A DNA stretch of 64,000 nucleotides from an uncultured Bacillota bacterium (lineage in GTDB: Bacteria; Bacillota; DTU025; MWDF01), in contig CAWGMK010000012.1 of NCBI GenBank assembly GCA_963823655.1, forward strand, positions 64,001 through 128,000. The letters are read 5' to 3'. The first letter of the stretch is position 1, and each line of letters starts with the position of its first letter. The notes under the pieces were generated by a model. That model saw only the letters and a list, made by a program, of their open reading frames with translations. It was not told the DNA's origin and ran no database searches. Positions 21,702 to 31,542 of this stretch are shown here, piece after piece. The position numbers and the translations under genes were made by a program.

Positions 21702-22649
21702 GTGGGCAAGTATTTTATTAGGCGCATCCTGACCACGATACCTGTTCTATTCGGGATTACATTCATAGTGTTCGCAATGGTTTCGTTGGCTCCCGGCAGC
21801 GCGATCAGCCTTATGCTCAGCAACGAGACCGTAAACCTGGAAAACGTGGAGCTGCTGAGAAAGGAACTGGGGCTTGACCTGCCCTGGTATCAGCAGTATT
21901 TCCGCTATATGGGAAAGCTGCTGACCGGCGACATGGGCCGCTCCATACAGTACAACCGGCCCGTCAGCGAGATGATCTGGGAGAAGATCGGCAACACATT
22001 CCTGCTGGCATTCAGCGCAACGATTGTAGCGATTGCGATAGCGATACCGCTTGGCGTGCTGGCAGCGGCCAGGCGCAGGTCGGTATTCGACTACGCCGCG
22101 ACCGCGGTGGCCCTTGTCGGAGTGTCCATCCCCGGCTTCTACCTGAGCCTCATCCTAATAATCGTATTCGGCCTCAAGCTGGGCTGGTTCCCCATAAGGG
22201 GGCTGCCCTCATATGACAGGACTTTCCTTCGGATGGTAAGGTCTCTTACTCTGCCGTCGGTAACGCTAGGCTCGATGCTCGCCGGCGTGCTCACGAGGCT
22301 TACGCGAGCCTCGGTCATCGAGTCCATGTCGCAGGATTACGTAAGGACCGCGCGCTCAAAGGGCATGGGGGAGGGCAAGGTGCTCTTCAAGCATGCTCTG
22401 AGAAATGCGCTGCTGCCCGTGCTCACAACAATTGGAATGCAGTTCGGCTCGCTTTTGGGCGGCGCCGTGATCATAGAGACGATATTCTCCCTGCCGGGAC
22501 TGGGCATGCTATCGATGAACGCGGTCAAGTTCAGGGACATACCGCTAATACAGGGCACGGTGCTGGTCTTCGCTGTGAGCTTCGTAGTGGTGATGCTCAT
22601 CGTCGACATGCTGTATGTCCTTGTGGATCCGAGGATTAGATATGAGTAG
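21702..22649 (+). CDS. Peptide ABC transporter permease (DppB/OppB-type)
   Basis: LGLD.P, GDMG.S, QDYVRTARSKG, HALRNAL, DPRIR. Confidence 0.92.
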   Translation: MGKYFIRRILTTIPVLFGITFIVFAMVSLAPGSAISLMLSNETVNLENVELLRKELGLDLPWYQQYFRYMGKLLTGDMGRSIQYNRPVSEMIWEKIGNTFLLAFSATIVAIAIAIPLGVLAAARRRSVFDYAATAVALVGVSIPGFYLSLILIIVFGLKLGWFPIRGLPSYDRTFLRMVRSLTLPSVTLGSMLAGVLTRLTRASVIESMSQDYVRTARSKGMGEGKVLFKHALRNALLPVLTTIGMQFGSLLGGAVIIETIFSLPGLGMLSMNAVKFRDIPLIQGTVLVFAVSFVVVMLIVDMLYVLVDPRIRYE

Positions 22650-23533
22650 CAGTTACGATATTTCGAAGAAGAACTGGAGCTCGAGCCAGAAATACAGGTC
22701 GCTCAAGTCTTTCTCAAGGCACAAGCTGGGAGTACTCGGCGTTATCATGCTGCTGGTATTCTTCCTTACGGCGATATTCGCACCGGTCGTAATCCCCAAC
22801 GACCCCTATACGATGAAGCTGGAGGAGCCATTCCTGCCCATGGGAAGCCAGTATCATCCGCTGGGCACGGACAACTTCGGCAGGGACATACTCGCAAGGC
22901 TGGTCTACGGCGCAAGGATATCGCTGCTGATCGGTATTGTCGTCGTCTCCCTGGCTGCGGTATTGGGCACGGTGCTCGGGCTTCTTGCCGGCTATTACGG
23001 GGGCTGGGTGGACTTCGCCGTTATGAGGCTGGTCGAAGTCTTCTATTCATTCCCTTTCCTTATCCTTGTAATCGCGGTAATCGCAATTCTTGGGCCCCAG
23101 CATATTCAATGTGATGTGGGTGCTTGGCGTAGTAAGCTGGCCTTCATATGCAAGGATCGTCAGGGCCCAGGTGCTATCCCTCAAATCATCGGAGTTCGTA
23201 TCGGCCGCAAGGGCGACCGGCTGCACCGATGCGAGGATTATATTCAAGCACATACTCCCGAATACCATGACGCCCATAATCGTGCAGGCTACGCTGGGCA
23301 TCCCGGGCGCCATACTCTCATCCGCGAGCCTGGGCTTTCTGGGCTTCGGCGTTCAGCCGCCGACTCCCGAATGGGGCTCGATGGTCAATGAGGGCAAGGA
23401 CTTCATACTCATAAACTCCAATCTCATCATATGGCCCGGCCTTTGCATATTCCTCGTGGTGCTGAGCTTCAACTTCATTGGGGATGCGCTGAGGGACATG
23501 CTCGATCCGAGGCTGTCGAGGGAACTGAAATAG
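22642..23533 (+). CDS. Peptide ABC transporter permease (DppC/OppC-type), frameshifted near 23095
   Basis: HPLGTDNFGRD, YGARISL, HILPN, PPTPEWG, GDALRD.LDP. Confidence 0.88.
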
Positions 23534-23541
23534 GAGGAGGG

Positions 23542-24897
23542 ATGGACATGACAATAGACGAGAGGCTGGCAAGAGTGCCGGACTTCAAGCTCTTCTACGG
23601 GGTGGACGAGCTTTACGGGCACGCAGTAAGGACCGCTGAGGCAAACCCGGCGGTGTGCAAGCTGCAGTATGTGGGGCAATCGAAGGCAGGAGAGCCCATA
23701 CCCATGGTTAGCGTGGGCGACGGGCCGGTATCGGTGCTGCTTTTCGCCTCCCCCCATCCGAACGAGCCGATAGGCGCCATGATGGCATACTTCCTCCTAG
23801 ATGAGCTTATAGCGGACCCATCCTTAAGGAAGGGCCGCACCTTCCATATAATCCCCTGCATCGACCCCGATGGCACAAGGCTGAACGAAGGTTGGTTTGC
23901 GGGGCCCTACACCATTAAGAACTACGCGAAGCACTTCTACAGGCCAAAGGGCGACAACCAGGCCGAATGGAGCTTCCCGATAGAGTACAAGACTTTCAAG
24001 TTCGACAGGCCCATACCCGAGACCAAGGCTCTTATGAAGGCGATAACCGAGACAAAGCCCGATGTGATGTATTCGCTTCACAACTCCGGCTTCGGTGGCG
24101 CCTACTACTACATCTCCTATCCTCTGGAGGCGGCATACGAGACATTCCACAGGCTGCCGCTCGAAAGGAACCTGGCGCTCAACCTGGGAGAGCCCGAAGT
24201 CCCCTACTGCCAGAGTTTCGCGCCCGCCATTTACAGGACGAACCTTGTGACAGACGCTTATGACTACTATGAGAAGTTCGGCAAGGGGGATCCTGCGACC
24301 TACATGTTCGGAGGCGCGTCCAGCAGGGACTTCGCGGACACCATATGCAAGCCTTTCACCCTCGTGACCGAGGTGCCCTATTTCAAGTCGCCAAAGACGG
24401 GAGACCTTACGAAGCTCTCCGTAAGCAGGAGGGAAACAATACTCAAGGGCGTTGAGAAGTCGCGCAAGATGCTCACATTCATCCAGTCCGTCATCGACGA
24501 TACTGTGGGCGAGCTCACTGAGGGGCCGATACTAAGAGACGCAGTAGTGCAGTTCACGAAGTCGCTCTTCAAAGCGCTCGACGGCGAGGAGAAATGGGCG
24601 AAGGAGACCGAGGGGATGGACGAGCCGGCTACCGTGGCGCAGGAGGCAGACTCCCTTTACATCAGCGTGTTCTACAAGATGCTCATAGTCTCCATGTACA
24701 GAAGGTCGCTGAAGATGCAGATGGACAAGGGCGGCTCAAAGAAGATCGCCGATGCCTACCATAAGCTCAATGCCGCAATCGACGGCTGGGCGGAGGAGAT
24801 AGAGCAGGCTCTGGACTACGGAGTCGTTAAAATCCGCGACCTCGTGCAGATACAGTACGGGGCGCTTCTGGCGGTGCTCGACGCCCTGAAGAAGTAG
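23542..24897 (+). CDS. M14 zinc carboxypeptidase family protein (no signal peptide)
   Basis: HPNE (HxxE), PCIDPDG, PETKAL, SLHN zinc-ligand pattern. Confidence 0.8.
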   Translation: MDMTIDERLARVPDFKLFYGVDELYGHAVRTAEANPAVCKLQYVGQSKAGEPIPMVSVGDGPVSVLLFASPHPNEPIGAMMAYFLLDELIADPSLRKGRTFHIIPCIDPDGTRLNEGWFAGPYTIKNYAKHFYRPKGDNQAEWSFPIEYKTFKFDRPIPETKALMKAITETKPDVMYSLHNSGFGGAYYYISYPLEAAYETFHRLPLERNLALNLGEPEVPYCQSFAPAIYRTNLVTDAYDYYEKFGKGDPATYMFGGASSRDFADTICKPFTLVTEVPYFKSPKTGDLTKLSVSRRETILKGVEKSRKMLTFIQSVIDDTVGELTEGPILRDAVVQFTKSLFKALDGEEKWAKETEGMDEPATVAQEADSLYISVFYKMLIVSMYRRSLKMQMDKGGSKKIADAYHKLNAAIDGWAEEIEQALDYGVVKIRDLVQIQYGALLAVLDALKK

Positions 24898-25059
24898 AGG
24901 GCAGCGGCCGACCGGGCGATATGAGTTTGACTGTCGGGCGATATTAATGAAGGATAGGCTTTGAGATTGAAGCACAGTACGGAAGCGCCGGCACCGCCAT
25001 AGAGGGGCGAGCCGGCGCTTCTTCAATGCAAAGCCTTTACTTGCTCCAGTTTGCTGATG

Positions 25060-26271
25060 TCAGCTTGCCAGGGCGTCCTTGCAGGCGGCATCCTTCTTGC
25101 CCTTCCTGTAGAAGATGATGAGAAGGACCGCCGCGGTGAATGCCATGGCCGAGCCGAAGTAGAACGGGGCCCTGTTGTTGATCCTGTCATATAGAAGGCC
25201 TGCTATAAGGCTTGCGGGAAGCAGGGTTATACCAACCAGGAAGCTGTAGATGCCAAGGCCCGTGCCCTTGACCTTCTTGCAGATGAGGTCGGAGACAAGC
25301 GCCTTCTGAACCCCGTCGGTGGCCGCGCTGTACAGCCCGTAGAGGGCGAACAGGAACACTACTGAGCCCGGGCTTCCCGTCCTTCCGAAGAAGAAGTAGA
25401 TGATCGAATACAGCAGATAGCCGAATATGATGAGCCTTTCGCGGCCGATCTTGTCGGACAGCATCCCCATGGGGACCGCGAAGAGCACGGATACCGAGTT
25501 GAATATCATGTACATGATGGGAATGAAGGCATCGGCTATGCCAACATCGCTCGCCTTCACCAGAAGCAGTGCGTCCGTTGAGTTGCCGAGGGTGAATATG
25601 AAGACTATGGCGAGGAAGAAGTAGTACTTCGCGGGGAAGTCCCTGAAGGAGAGCTTGCCTAAAAGCTCCTCCTTGCACTTCTTGGCTTCCTTCACGAAGA
25701 GGATGAGCGACAATAGGCCGAAAACTGCAGGAAGCCCTGCTATCAGGAATACCTTGCGGTACTGGCCCGGGAACATAGCCAGGACTGCGAAAGCGAGCAA
25801 CGGGCCGATTATCGCGCCGCTGTTGTCCATAGCCTTGTGGAAGCCGAAGTTCTTGCCCTTGGAGCAGTCCTCGGAGGAGCCTGCCACCAGGCTGTCCCTG
25901 GGCGCCGTCCTTATGCCCTTGCCGACCCTTTCCGTGAACCTTATCAGAAGCACCTGGAACGGGGAGGTGACTGCTGCGAAAAGCGGGGAGAGCACCGTCG
26001 TGAAGGCGTATCCTACCACCATGAACGGCTTGTTGCGGCCGATCTTGTCGCTCCACCAGCCGGACAGCGCCTTCAGCACGGATGCCGTGCTCTCGGCTAT
26101 GCCTTCGATGAGGGAAAGCTCGGTCTTGCTCGCCCCCAGCGTCATAAGGAAGAGCGGCATGATGGAATAGATCATCTTGCCTGTGGTATCGGTGAAGAAG
26201 CTTGTTAGGCCGACGAAGAAGATGTTCCTCTGTATGCCCAGGATCTTGTCGCCCTTGCCCTTTTCAGCCAT
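25060..26271 (-). CDS. MFS transporter
   Basis: GWWSDKIGRNK and GMLSDKIGRE motif A; ERVGKGIRTAPRD; about 12 TM segments. Confidence 0.92.
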   Translation of the reverse strand: MAEKGKGDKILGIQRNIFFVGLTSFFTDTTGKMIYSIMPLFLMTLGASKTELSLIEGIAESTASVLKALSGWWSDKIGRNKPFMVVGYAFTTVLSPLFAAVTSPFQVLLIRFTERVGKGIRTAPRDSLVAGSSEDCSKGKNFGFHKAMDNSGAIIGPLLAFAVLAMFPGQYRKVFLIAGLPAVFGLLSLILFVKEAKKCKEELLGKLSFRDFPAKYYFFLAIVFIFTLGNSTDALLLVKASDVGIADAFIPIMYMIFNSVSVLFAVPMGMLSDKIGRERLIIFGYLLYSIIYFFFGRTGSPGSVVFLFALYGLYSAATDGVQKALVSDLICKKVKGTGLGIYSFLVGITLLPASLIAGLLYDRINNRAPFYFGSAMAFTAAVLLIIFYRKGKKDAACKDALAS

Positions 26272-26365
26272 TGTGAAGCCTCGACTATCCTAGAATTTGT
26301 GCCTTATAAGATTGAGTATAGCCGAAAATTGGCCTCGATTATCAGGCCGTGTTTCGCATGGAAAA

Positions 26366-26391
26366 GGCGGGGCAAACAAAATGCCCCGCCA
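26366..26391 (-). terminator. Rho-independent terminator
   Basis: GGCGGGGCA..TGCCCCGCC stem followed by TTTT on the minus strand. Confidence 0.7.
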
Positions 26392-26410
26392 GTTATAGGA
26401 AAAGGTCGTC

Positions 26411-26913
26411 CTACCAGGAATCCGGGTAGTCAGACACGAAGGGCAGGTCTGTAACGCGAACCCAGTACAGGACATCAAAATTCGGCTTCATGATCTATGA
26501 AGACCGCTATCTGTCAGGTTCATGTCGGACGGGATCATCACGAAGATCGAGCCTTCATTAGTAGCCTTGCTGCCCACTACATATTCCATGTCGTCGAATA
26601 TGTCGAAGGCGCTCTGGTTGTAGTAGTTCGTATACCTTGCCAAAGGAGAGGTCTCGTCGTACACGGCGAAAATCAAGTCCTCCCTGATATCGGATTCGAG
26701 CAGGCCGTTGTTGGTCAGCGACACATCGAATATCAGGAATGTGAACTCATCTGCTGCCATCACGACTGCGCTATCCAAATCGTTCGCGTCGAACAAGAGA
26801 CTTGACTGCGCACTCCTGCTGACCACAATGGTCCATTTCGGAAGACAGCCGCTTGTGAGCATTAGGGCTGCGATGATTAGCAATACCGCTGCAATTGTCC
26901 CTAGCTTCTTCAA
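26411..26913 (-). CDS. Lipoprotein, unknown function; C-terminus continues after an indel near 26495
   Basis: TSGC lipobox; alternative frame gives IMKPNFDVLYWVRVTDLPFVSDYPDSW* ending just before a terminator. Confidence 0.65.
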
Positions 26914-27107
26914 CTTGGCCCTCCTTCCGGCGCGCCTATTCGTAAAGGCACACCGAGCTAAAATAGCCTCTAATGATTTGAATTATACGGGAGGATGGGA
27001 GGATTTGTTCCAGTCATGCAGCAAATTTATGTGAGCTGGGTCCAGGGTGGGGTTGGACAAATATCGAGTATAATTCGTTATGTGATATGAGATTTCGCGG
27101 AGGGACA

Positions 27108-28272
27108 ATGGAAGAGGAAAGAAAAGGCCTGGCGCAGCGGCATGGAAGCCGGCGGGCGCGGGGAATGGGCAACAAACGAATAACGGGGGAGAGACCCCAG
27201 GAGGCGGAGGAAGAATACCGCCCGCAAGCCAATAGGCAGGTGGATACTCCTGTCCTTATTGCTTTTGGCCCTGCTGTCGTTCGTCTATGTATATTTCATT
27301 CTCCCCGGCTCGCTTCCATGGAACGACTCAGACCCCGACAGATGGTACGGAGATTCGCTGGAATACCTGGACGCGGGCTTCGGCCTTAGCATGGGAAACC
27401 TCGGGCAGCTTGGCGAATACCGCGACCTTGGCCTTCCCTCATGGGGGGACGACGACGTCTTCGCCGTCCTTATAATGGGCTTCGATTACGACTACCCGGG
27501 CACAATCAGGCAGGGTGGCGGTGTGCCTGGCAGGACGGACGCGATAATGCTACTGGTAGTTCCCAAGGATCAGAATGCGGCAACTTTGGTCTCCATACCC
27601 AGGGACACCCTGGTGCCTCTCGACAGCTATGGCACAGAAGAGAGGATAAACGCGGTTTACAGGGGAATTTCGCTTCAGGGTACGATAAACGCGGTGACTT
27701 TCCTTACAGGGGTCGAGGCCGACAAGTGGGTGAGCCTCGATTTCAACGGCTTCGTACAGATGATGGACAGGCTGGGCGGCGTGGATATCGAAGTAGAGGA
27801 CCACATGACGATATGGGACGATCTTAACGGCCGTTGGGTGTACATCGAGAAGGGGCCACAGCATCTGGACGGGCACATGGCCCTGCTGTATGTAAGGTTC
27901 AGGGGCGATCAGATGGGCGACATCAGCCGCAACTCAAGGCAGCTGCGCTTCATAAAGGCGCTGGCCGGCAAGGCCGTACAGTGGAACACGGTCGGCGAGA
28001 TAGGCGGCATAATTTCCGACCTGCAGGAGAACGTCAAGACGGACATGAGCTACAATGAGGTCCTTGCGCTTGGGATGAGGCTTCTTAAGATCGGCACTTC
28101 GCGCCTGGATGGGTTCAGCATACCGGGCGTCTTCGAGGGGCCCTACTGGAGGGCCGACCTCGCCGCCACAAGGAAGCTCATGGAAAGGGCGATAACTGGG
28201 GCCCCTCTGGTCGAAGAGCCGGTTGAAGAGATTGTCGAACCGGAAGAAACCGAGCCTGTGCCGGAGCCCTGA
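27108..28272 (+). CDS. LytR-CpsA-Psr (LCP) cell-wall polymer transferase; indel in the N-terminal region
   Basis: RTDAIML, SIPRDT, GGVDI, LDG..AL.YVRFR, GDISR..RQ. Confidence 0.88.
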
Positions 28273-28323
28273 TAAATAGGCAAATTACAAGAATTGAGGA
28301 TGCCGGGAAGGCATCCTCTTGCT

Positions 28324-29069
28324 TTACTTGGAGAGCTCTTTATCTACATAGACTTTCATGGCTTCGCTCATGAACTGCGCAAGCCCCGGCTTTATCTTCT
28401 CGAAGGAATTTGTGAACCTTATATCCTGAATGTACAAGTCCGCCAGGCCGCGATATATGTCGAGAGTGCATTCGTAGAACCATTTAGTGATGTGGCCGCG
28501 ATGCAAGGCGATGAGCTTCGTTACCTCCGGATGGGACGGGCCTTTGTCCATATTGGCGACGATAGCAAGCATTATTCCCTTGCTCTCCTCTTTCATGGCC
28601 TCCCAGTCGCGCTTGGTGTACTTTGAAGTCTTCCTCTCGCTCTCCTCATATTTCGCGCCGTACTTCGCCCTGGCTTCCTCCTTGTATTCGTCGGGATCGA
28701 AGCCGTCGAAAAGCTCCTTCAACTCCATCTTCCTTCCCCTCCTTATAGCATCAAGGCTCCTGTCTACGAGCCCTAATAGGCCTTCTATATGGTCTTTCTT
28801 CTGAAGCAGCATCTGCTTGTGGTTTTCTAAAGCCAAGCTCCCTGTCCTGACCTAGCGTCGCGGATTGCAGCCGCGATCTCATCGAGGCCTAAGCCCAGTT
28901 CCTTGAGAAGCATTATCTGCTGCAGCCTCTCCAGGTCGGCATCCTCATAAAGGCGGTAACCGGACTCGGTCCGGAGCTTGGGCGAAAGCAGGCCGATGCT
29001 GTCGTAATGGTGCAAGGTCCTTATAGTAATGCCGGCGAGCTCCGACACTTGGCTTACCGTGTATGTCAT
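28324..29069 (-). CDS. MerR-family regulator with TipAS C-terminal domain (Mta/TipA-like), frameshifted near 28840
   Basis: IRTLHHYDSIGLL, GYRLY HTH; EEARAKYG, YRGLADLYIQDIRF, GLAQFM.EA. Confidence 0.88.
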
Positions 29070-29087
29070 TCTGCTACCTCCGAGACA

Positions 29088-29118
29088 AGGATAAGCTATG
29101 ACGTAACGTAAGAGTCAA
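29088..29118 (-). promoter_or_regulatory. MerR-type 19-bp-spacer promoter with dyad operator
   Basis: Minus strand TTGACT-N19-TATCCT containing ACGT-T-ACGT, directly upstream of the MerR gene. Confidence 0.8.
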
Positions 29119-29190
29119 TATCAATATTATAGCGTTCTATTCCGATTTATAGTGATTCCATTGGGAAGTCGGTGAATTATGTAGGTATCT

Positions 29191-29270
29191 GTAAAAGTAT
29201 ATTAAATTACTGCGAAATAGGTAAAAGTATATAAAATTACGGCAAAAATAACGAATGTATACGATTTTAT
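29191..29270. repeat. AT-rich 30-bp-period direct repeats
   Basis: GTAAAAGTATATTAAATTAC at 29191 and GTAAAAGTATATAAAATTAC at 29221; degenerate third copy at 29251. Confidence 0.7.
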
Positions 29271-29555
29271 TTGGCCAGAACTCTTCCATCTATCCGTCAG
29301 GAGTAACGCGAAGTAACAAAATCCGTTTTCTTGTTTATTACACGTAACCTCTTTAGCAGTTGGCTTAAAAGATCTTCTTGATAATCCTGGTATGGGCAGT
29401 TTTGCGTTTGCTTGTCGAGAAGCTAAATCGAATCATACGTGAGTGCAGAAAAGCAGAACTTGTATTCTTTGAAGGCCAATAACCAGCAGAAGAAGCTTTG
29501 GCGTCACCAGAAGAAAGAATTCACATGCCCTCTCAACACAACTTGCATATCGTCT

Positions 29556-29780
29556 AAGTAAAGCTGTGCTTGACTATGACATCTCGACCTCATCCGGTTG
29601 CAACAGATTGATCAACACTCTGCAAGTAAAGTTGGGCTTGACTCGTAGGGGAAGTAAAGCTGCGCTTGCCAACAACATCTCAGCCTCATCAGGCAGCAGC
29701 AGAATGGTCGGCACTCTGCAAGTAAAGATGGGCTTGACTCATAGGCGAAGTAAAGCTGCGCTTGACTACAACATCTCAAC
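29556..29780. repeat. 96-bp tandem repeat array, left part
   Basis: Units start at 29556, 29652 and 29748; AAGTAAAG-N5-CTTG motif at 29556, 29624, 29652, 29720, 29748. Confidence 0.92.
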
Positions 29781-29910
29781 TGACCGGCCCCCAGATTTAG
29801 GTCCAATCCTAGCTTTAGTTTTCAATGACCCCCAGTACCAGTCTGAATGTTAGTTTTCGACTTTGATAATGGTTAACCTTCCGACCTCAAATGAATTCAC
29901 CAAAAGACGA

Positions 29911-30750
29911 TCAGGCATAAGCGGGAATGAGGGTCTGAGGCGCCGGCGGCCTGCCTCCTAAGCTGCTATGAGGCCGTACCCTGTTATAGTAGTCTTTCCA
30001 TCTAAGTGAAAGCACTTTTGCTTCATACAGGCTCCCGAACTGCTCCTCATTCAGAAACTCCTGCCGCATCCTGGCATTGAAACTTTCGCAGTACCCATTC
30101 TCCCATGGGCTGCCTGGCTCTATGTATGTCGTTATGACGCCAATATCGGCCAACCATTCCCTTAGCACTTTAGCGGTGAACTCGCTTCCATTATCGCTTC
30201 TAATGTATTCCGGACATCCTCTTACGACCATCAGATCCGACAGGACTTCTATGACATCTTCGTGCTTCCAGCTTCTCTTAGGTATACAGGCCAGGCATTC
30301 GCGTTCAGCCTCGTCTATTATGTTCAGAAAGCGGATCCTGCGCCCATCTGTAGTCCTGTCCTCCACAAAATCATAGCTCCACACATGGTTTCTGTGTTCC
30401 GGGCGAAGTCTGATGCAACTGCCGTCCGTAAGCCAAAGCCTTCTTTTCTTGTTTTGTTTCCTGGGCAGCTTCAGCCCTTCTTCCCTCCAGATACGCTCCA
30501 CTCTCTTGTGGTTTACCTTATTGCCTTCATTCCTGAGGATGTGCGTCACCATCCTGTATCCAACTCGCCCGAAGTTGCAGGCCAACTCTATGATGCGGGT
30601 CCTTAAGAAATCTTCATCCGGACGTTTCACAGCCTCGTAACGGAAGGCAGTCCTGCTGACATGCAACACCCGACAAGCCCGTCTTTCCGTCATGCTATGC
30701 TCATTGGTGACGTATTCGACAGCCGCCTTGCGCTTTGCCGGGCTCAGAAG
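29911..30750 (-). CDS. IS3 transposase OrfB (DDE), expressed by -1 frameshift
   Basis: NHKRVERIWR, WSYDF, RSDNGSEF, PGSPWENGYCESFN, YNRVRPHSSL. Confidence 0.92.
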   Translation of the reverse strand, partial: LLSPAKRKAAVEYVTNEHSMTERRACRVLHVSRTAFRYEAVKRPDEDFLRTRIIELACNFGRVGYRMVTHILRNEGNKVNHKRVERIWREEGLKLPRKQNKKRRLWLTDGSCIRLRPEHRNHVWSYDFVEDRTTDGRRIRFLNIIDEAERECLACIPKRSWKHEDVIEVLSDLMVVRGCPEYIRSDNGSEFTAKVLREWLADIGVITTYIEPGSPWENGYCESFNARMRQEFLNEEQFGSLYEAKVLSLRWKDYYNRVRPHSSLGGRPPAPQTLIPAYA

Positions 30751-31022
30751 TTTTTTGAGTTCACATCCCTCAATACCGCATTATCAAGACTTAGCTCAGC
30801 TACAAGTGTCTTGAGCCTGGCATTTTCCTTCTCAAGCTCTTTCAGCCTTTTGGCTTCGGATACATTCATTCCGCCATACTTGCTGCGCCATTTGTAGTAT
30901 GTTTGCTCCGATATCTCTGCTTGACGTACTGCTTCTGCCACTGTTTTGCCCTGATTGCACAGAATTTCGATGCTTCTGAGCTTTACGATTATCTGCTCTG
31001 GCGTGTAGTTCTGCTTACCCAT
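30744..31022 (-). CDS. IS3 transposase OrfA (HTH)
   Basis: YTPEQII, SEQTYYKWRSKYGG, RLKELEKENARLK; AAAAAAC slippery site just before the stop. Confidence 0.92.
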   Translation of the reverse strand: MGKQNYTPEQIIVKLRSIEILCNQGKTVAEAVRQAEISEQTYYKWRSKYGGMNVSEAKRLKELEKENARLKTLVAELSLDNAVLRDVNSKNF

Positions 31023-31098
31023 TTCTACTACCTCCCCACTAGATTTTACCTTGGTTTTCCCTAACCTCTTCCTGGTATTAATCTAGGGGGTCATATCA

Positions 31099-31317
31099 GT
31101 CGAAGTAAAGCTGCGCTTGACTACAACATCTCAACCTCATCAGGCAGCAGCAGAATGGTCGGCACTCTGCAAGTAAAGATGGGCTTGACTCATAGGCGAA
31201 GTAAAGCTGTGCTTGACTACAACATCTCAACCTCATCAGGCGGCAGCAGAATGGTCGGCACTCTGCAAGTAAAGATGGGCTTGACTCATAGGTAGAGTAA
31301 AGCTGCGCTTGACTACA
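31099..31317. repeat. 96-bp tandem repeat array, right part
   Basis: Units start at 31103, 31199 and 31295; motif also at 31171 and 31267. Confidence 0.92.
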
Positions 31318-31542
31318 CTGCTTTTGCAATATCGATCTTCATTAGCAAAGTGCCTTTGGGTATCTGCAATAACTACTAATGTTCTAGTTCCTTCGCCATA
31401 TTTGGCTATTAGGAATACTGGATAAGGAATTGACGGAGGACGTGTTCAGTATGTACTTAGAAAAAAGATTGTAAGAATGAACAATTCGGCAGGGGAATAA
31501 CACTGTGAGGGCTAATCTTTCATTTGCTAAGGAGGAAATGAT

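Larger units (their letters stand above)
29781..31098 (-). mobile_element. IS3-family insertion sequence (IS407-like), 1318 bp
   Basis: TG...CA ends with imperfect IRs (TGACCGGCCCCCAGATT versus reverse complement TGATATGACCCCCTAGATT); orfA plus DDE orfB. Confidence 0.9.

Noticed and set aside
26405-26480. Riboswitch-like structure upstream of the MFS gene
   Set aside because: The segment reads as the frameshifted C-terminus of the upstream lipoprotein, ending right before its terminator; no aptamer consensus was recognised.
29556-31317. CRISPR array
   Set aside because: Sequences between the 20-bp motifs are themselves repeated (alternating 48 and 8 bp), and no cas genes are present.
29566-31329. 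32-aa repeat ORFs on both strands through the array (including the Cys-rich 31096-31329)
   Set aside because: Open frames follow from the 96-bp period; there is no RBS or recognisable domain, and conservation tracks the DNA palindrome.
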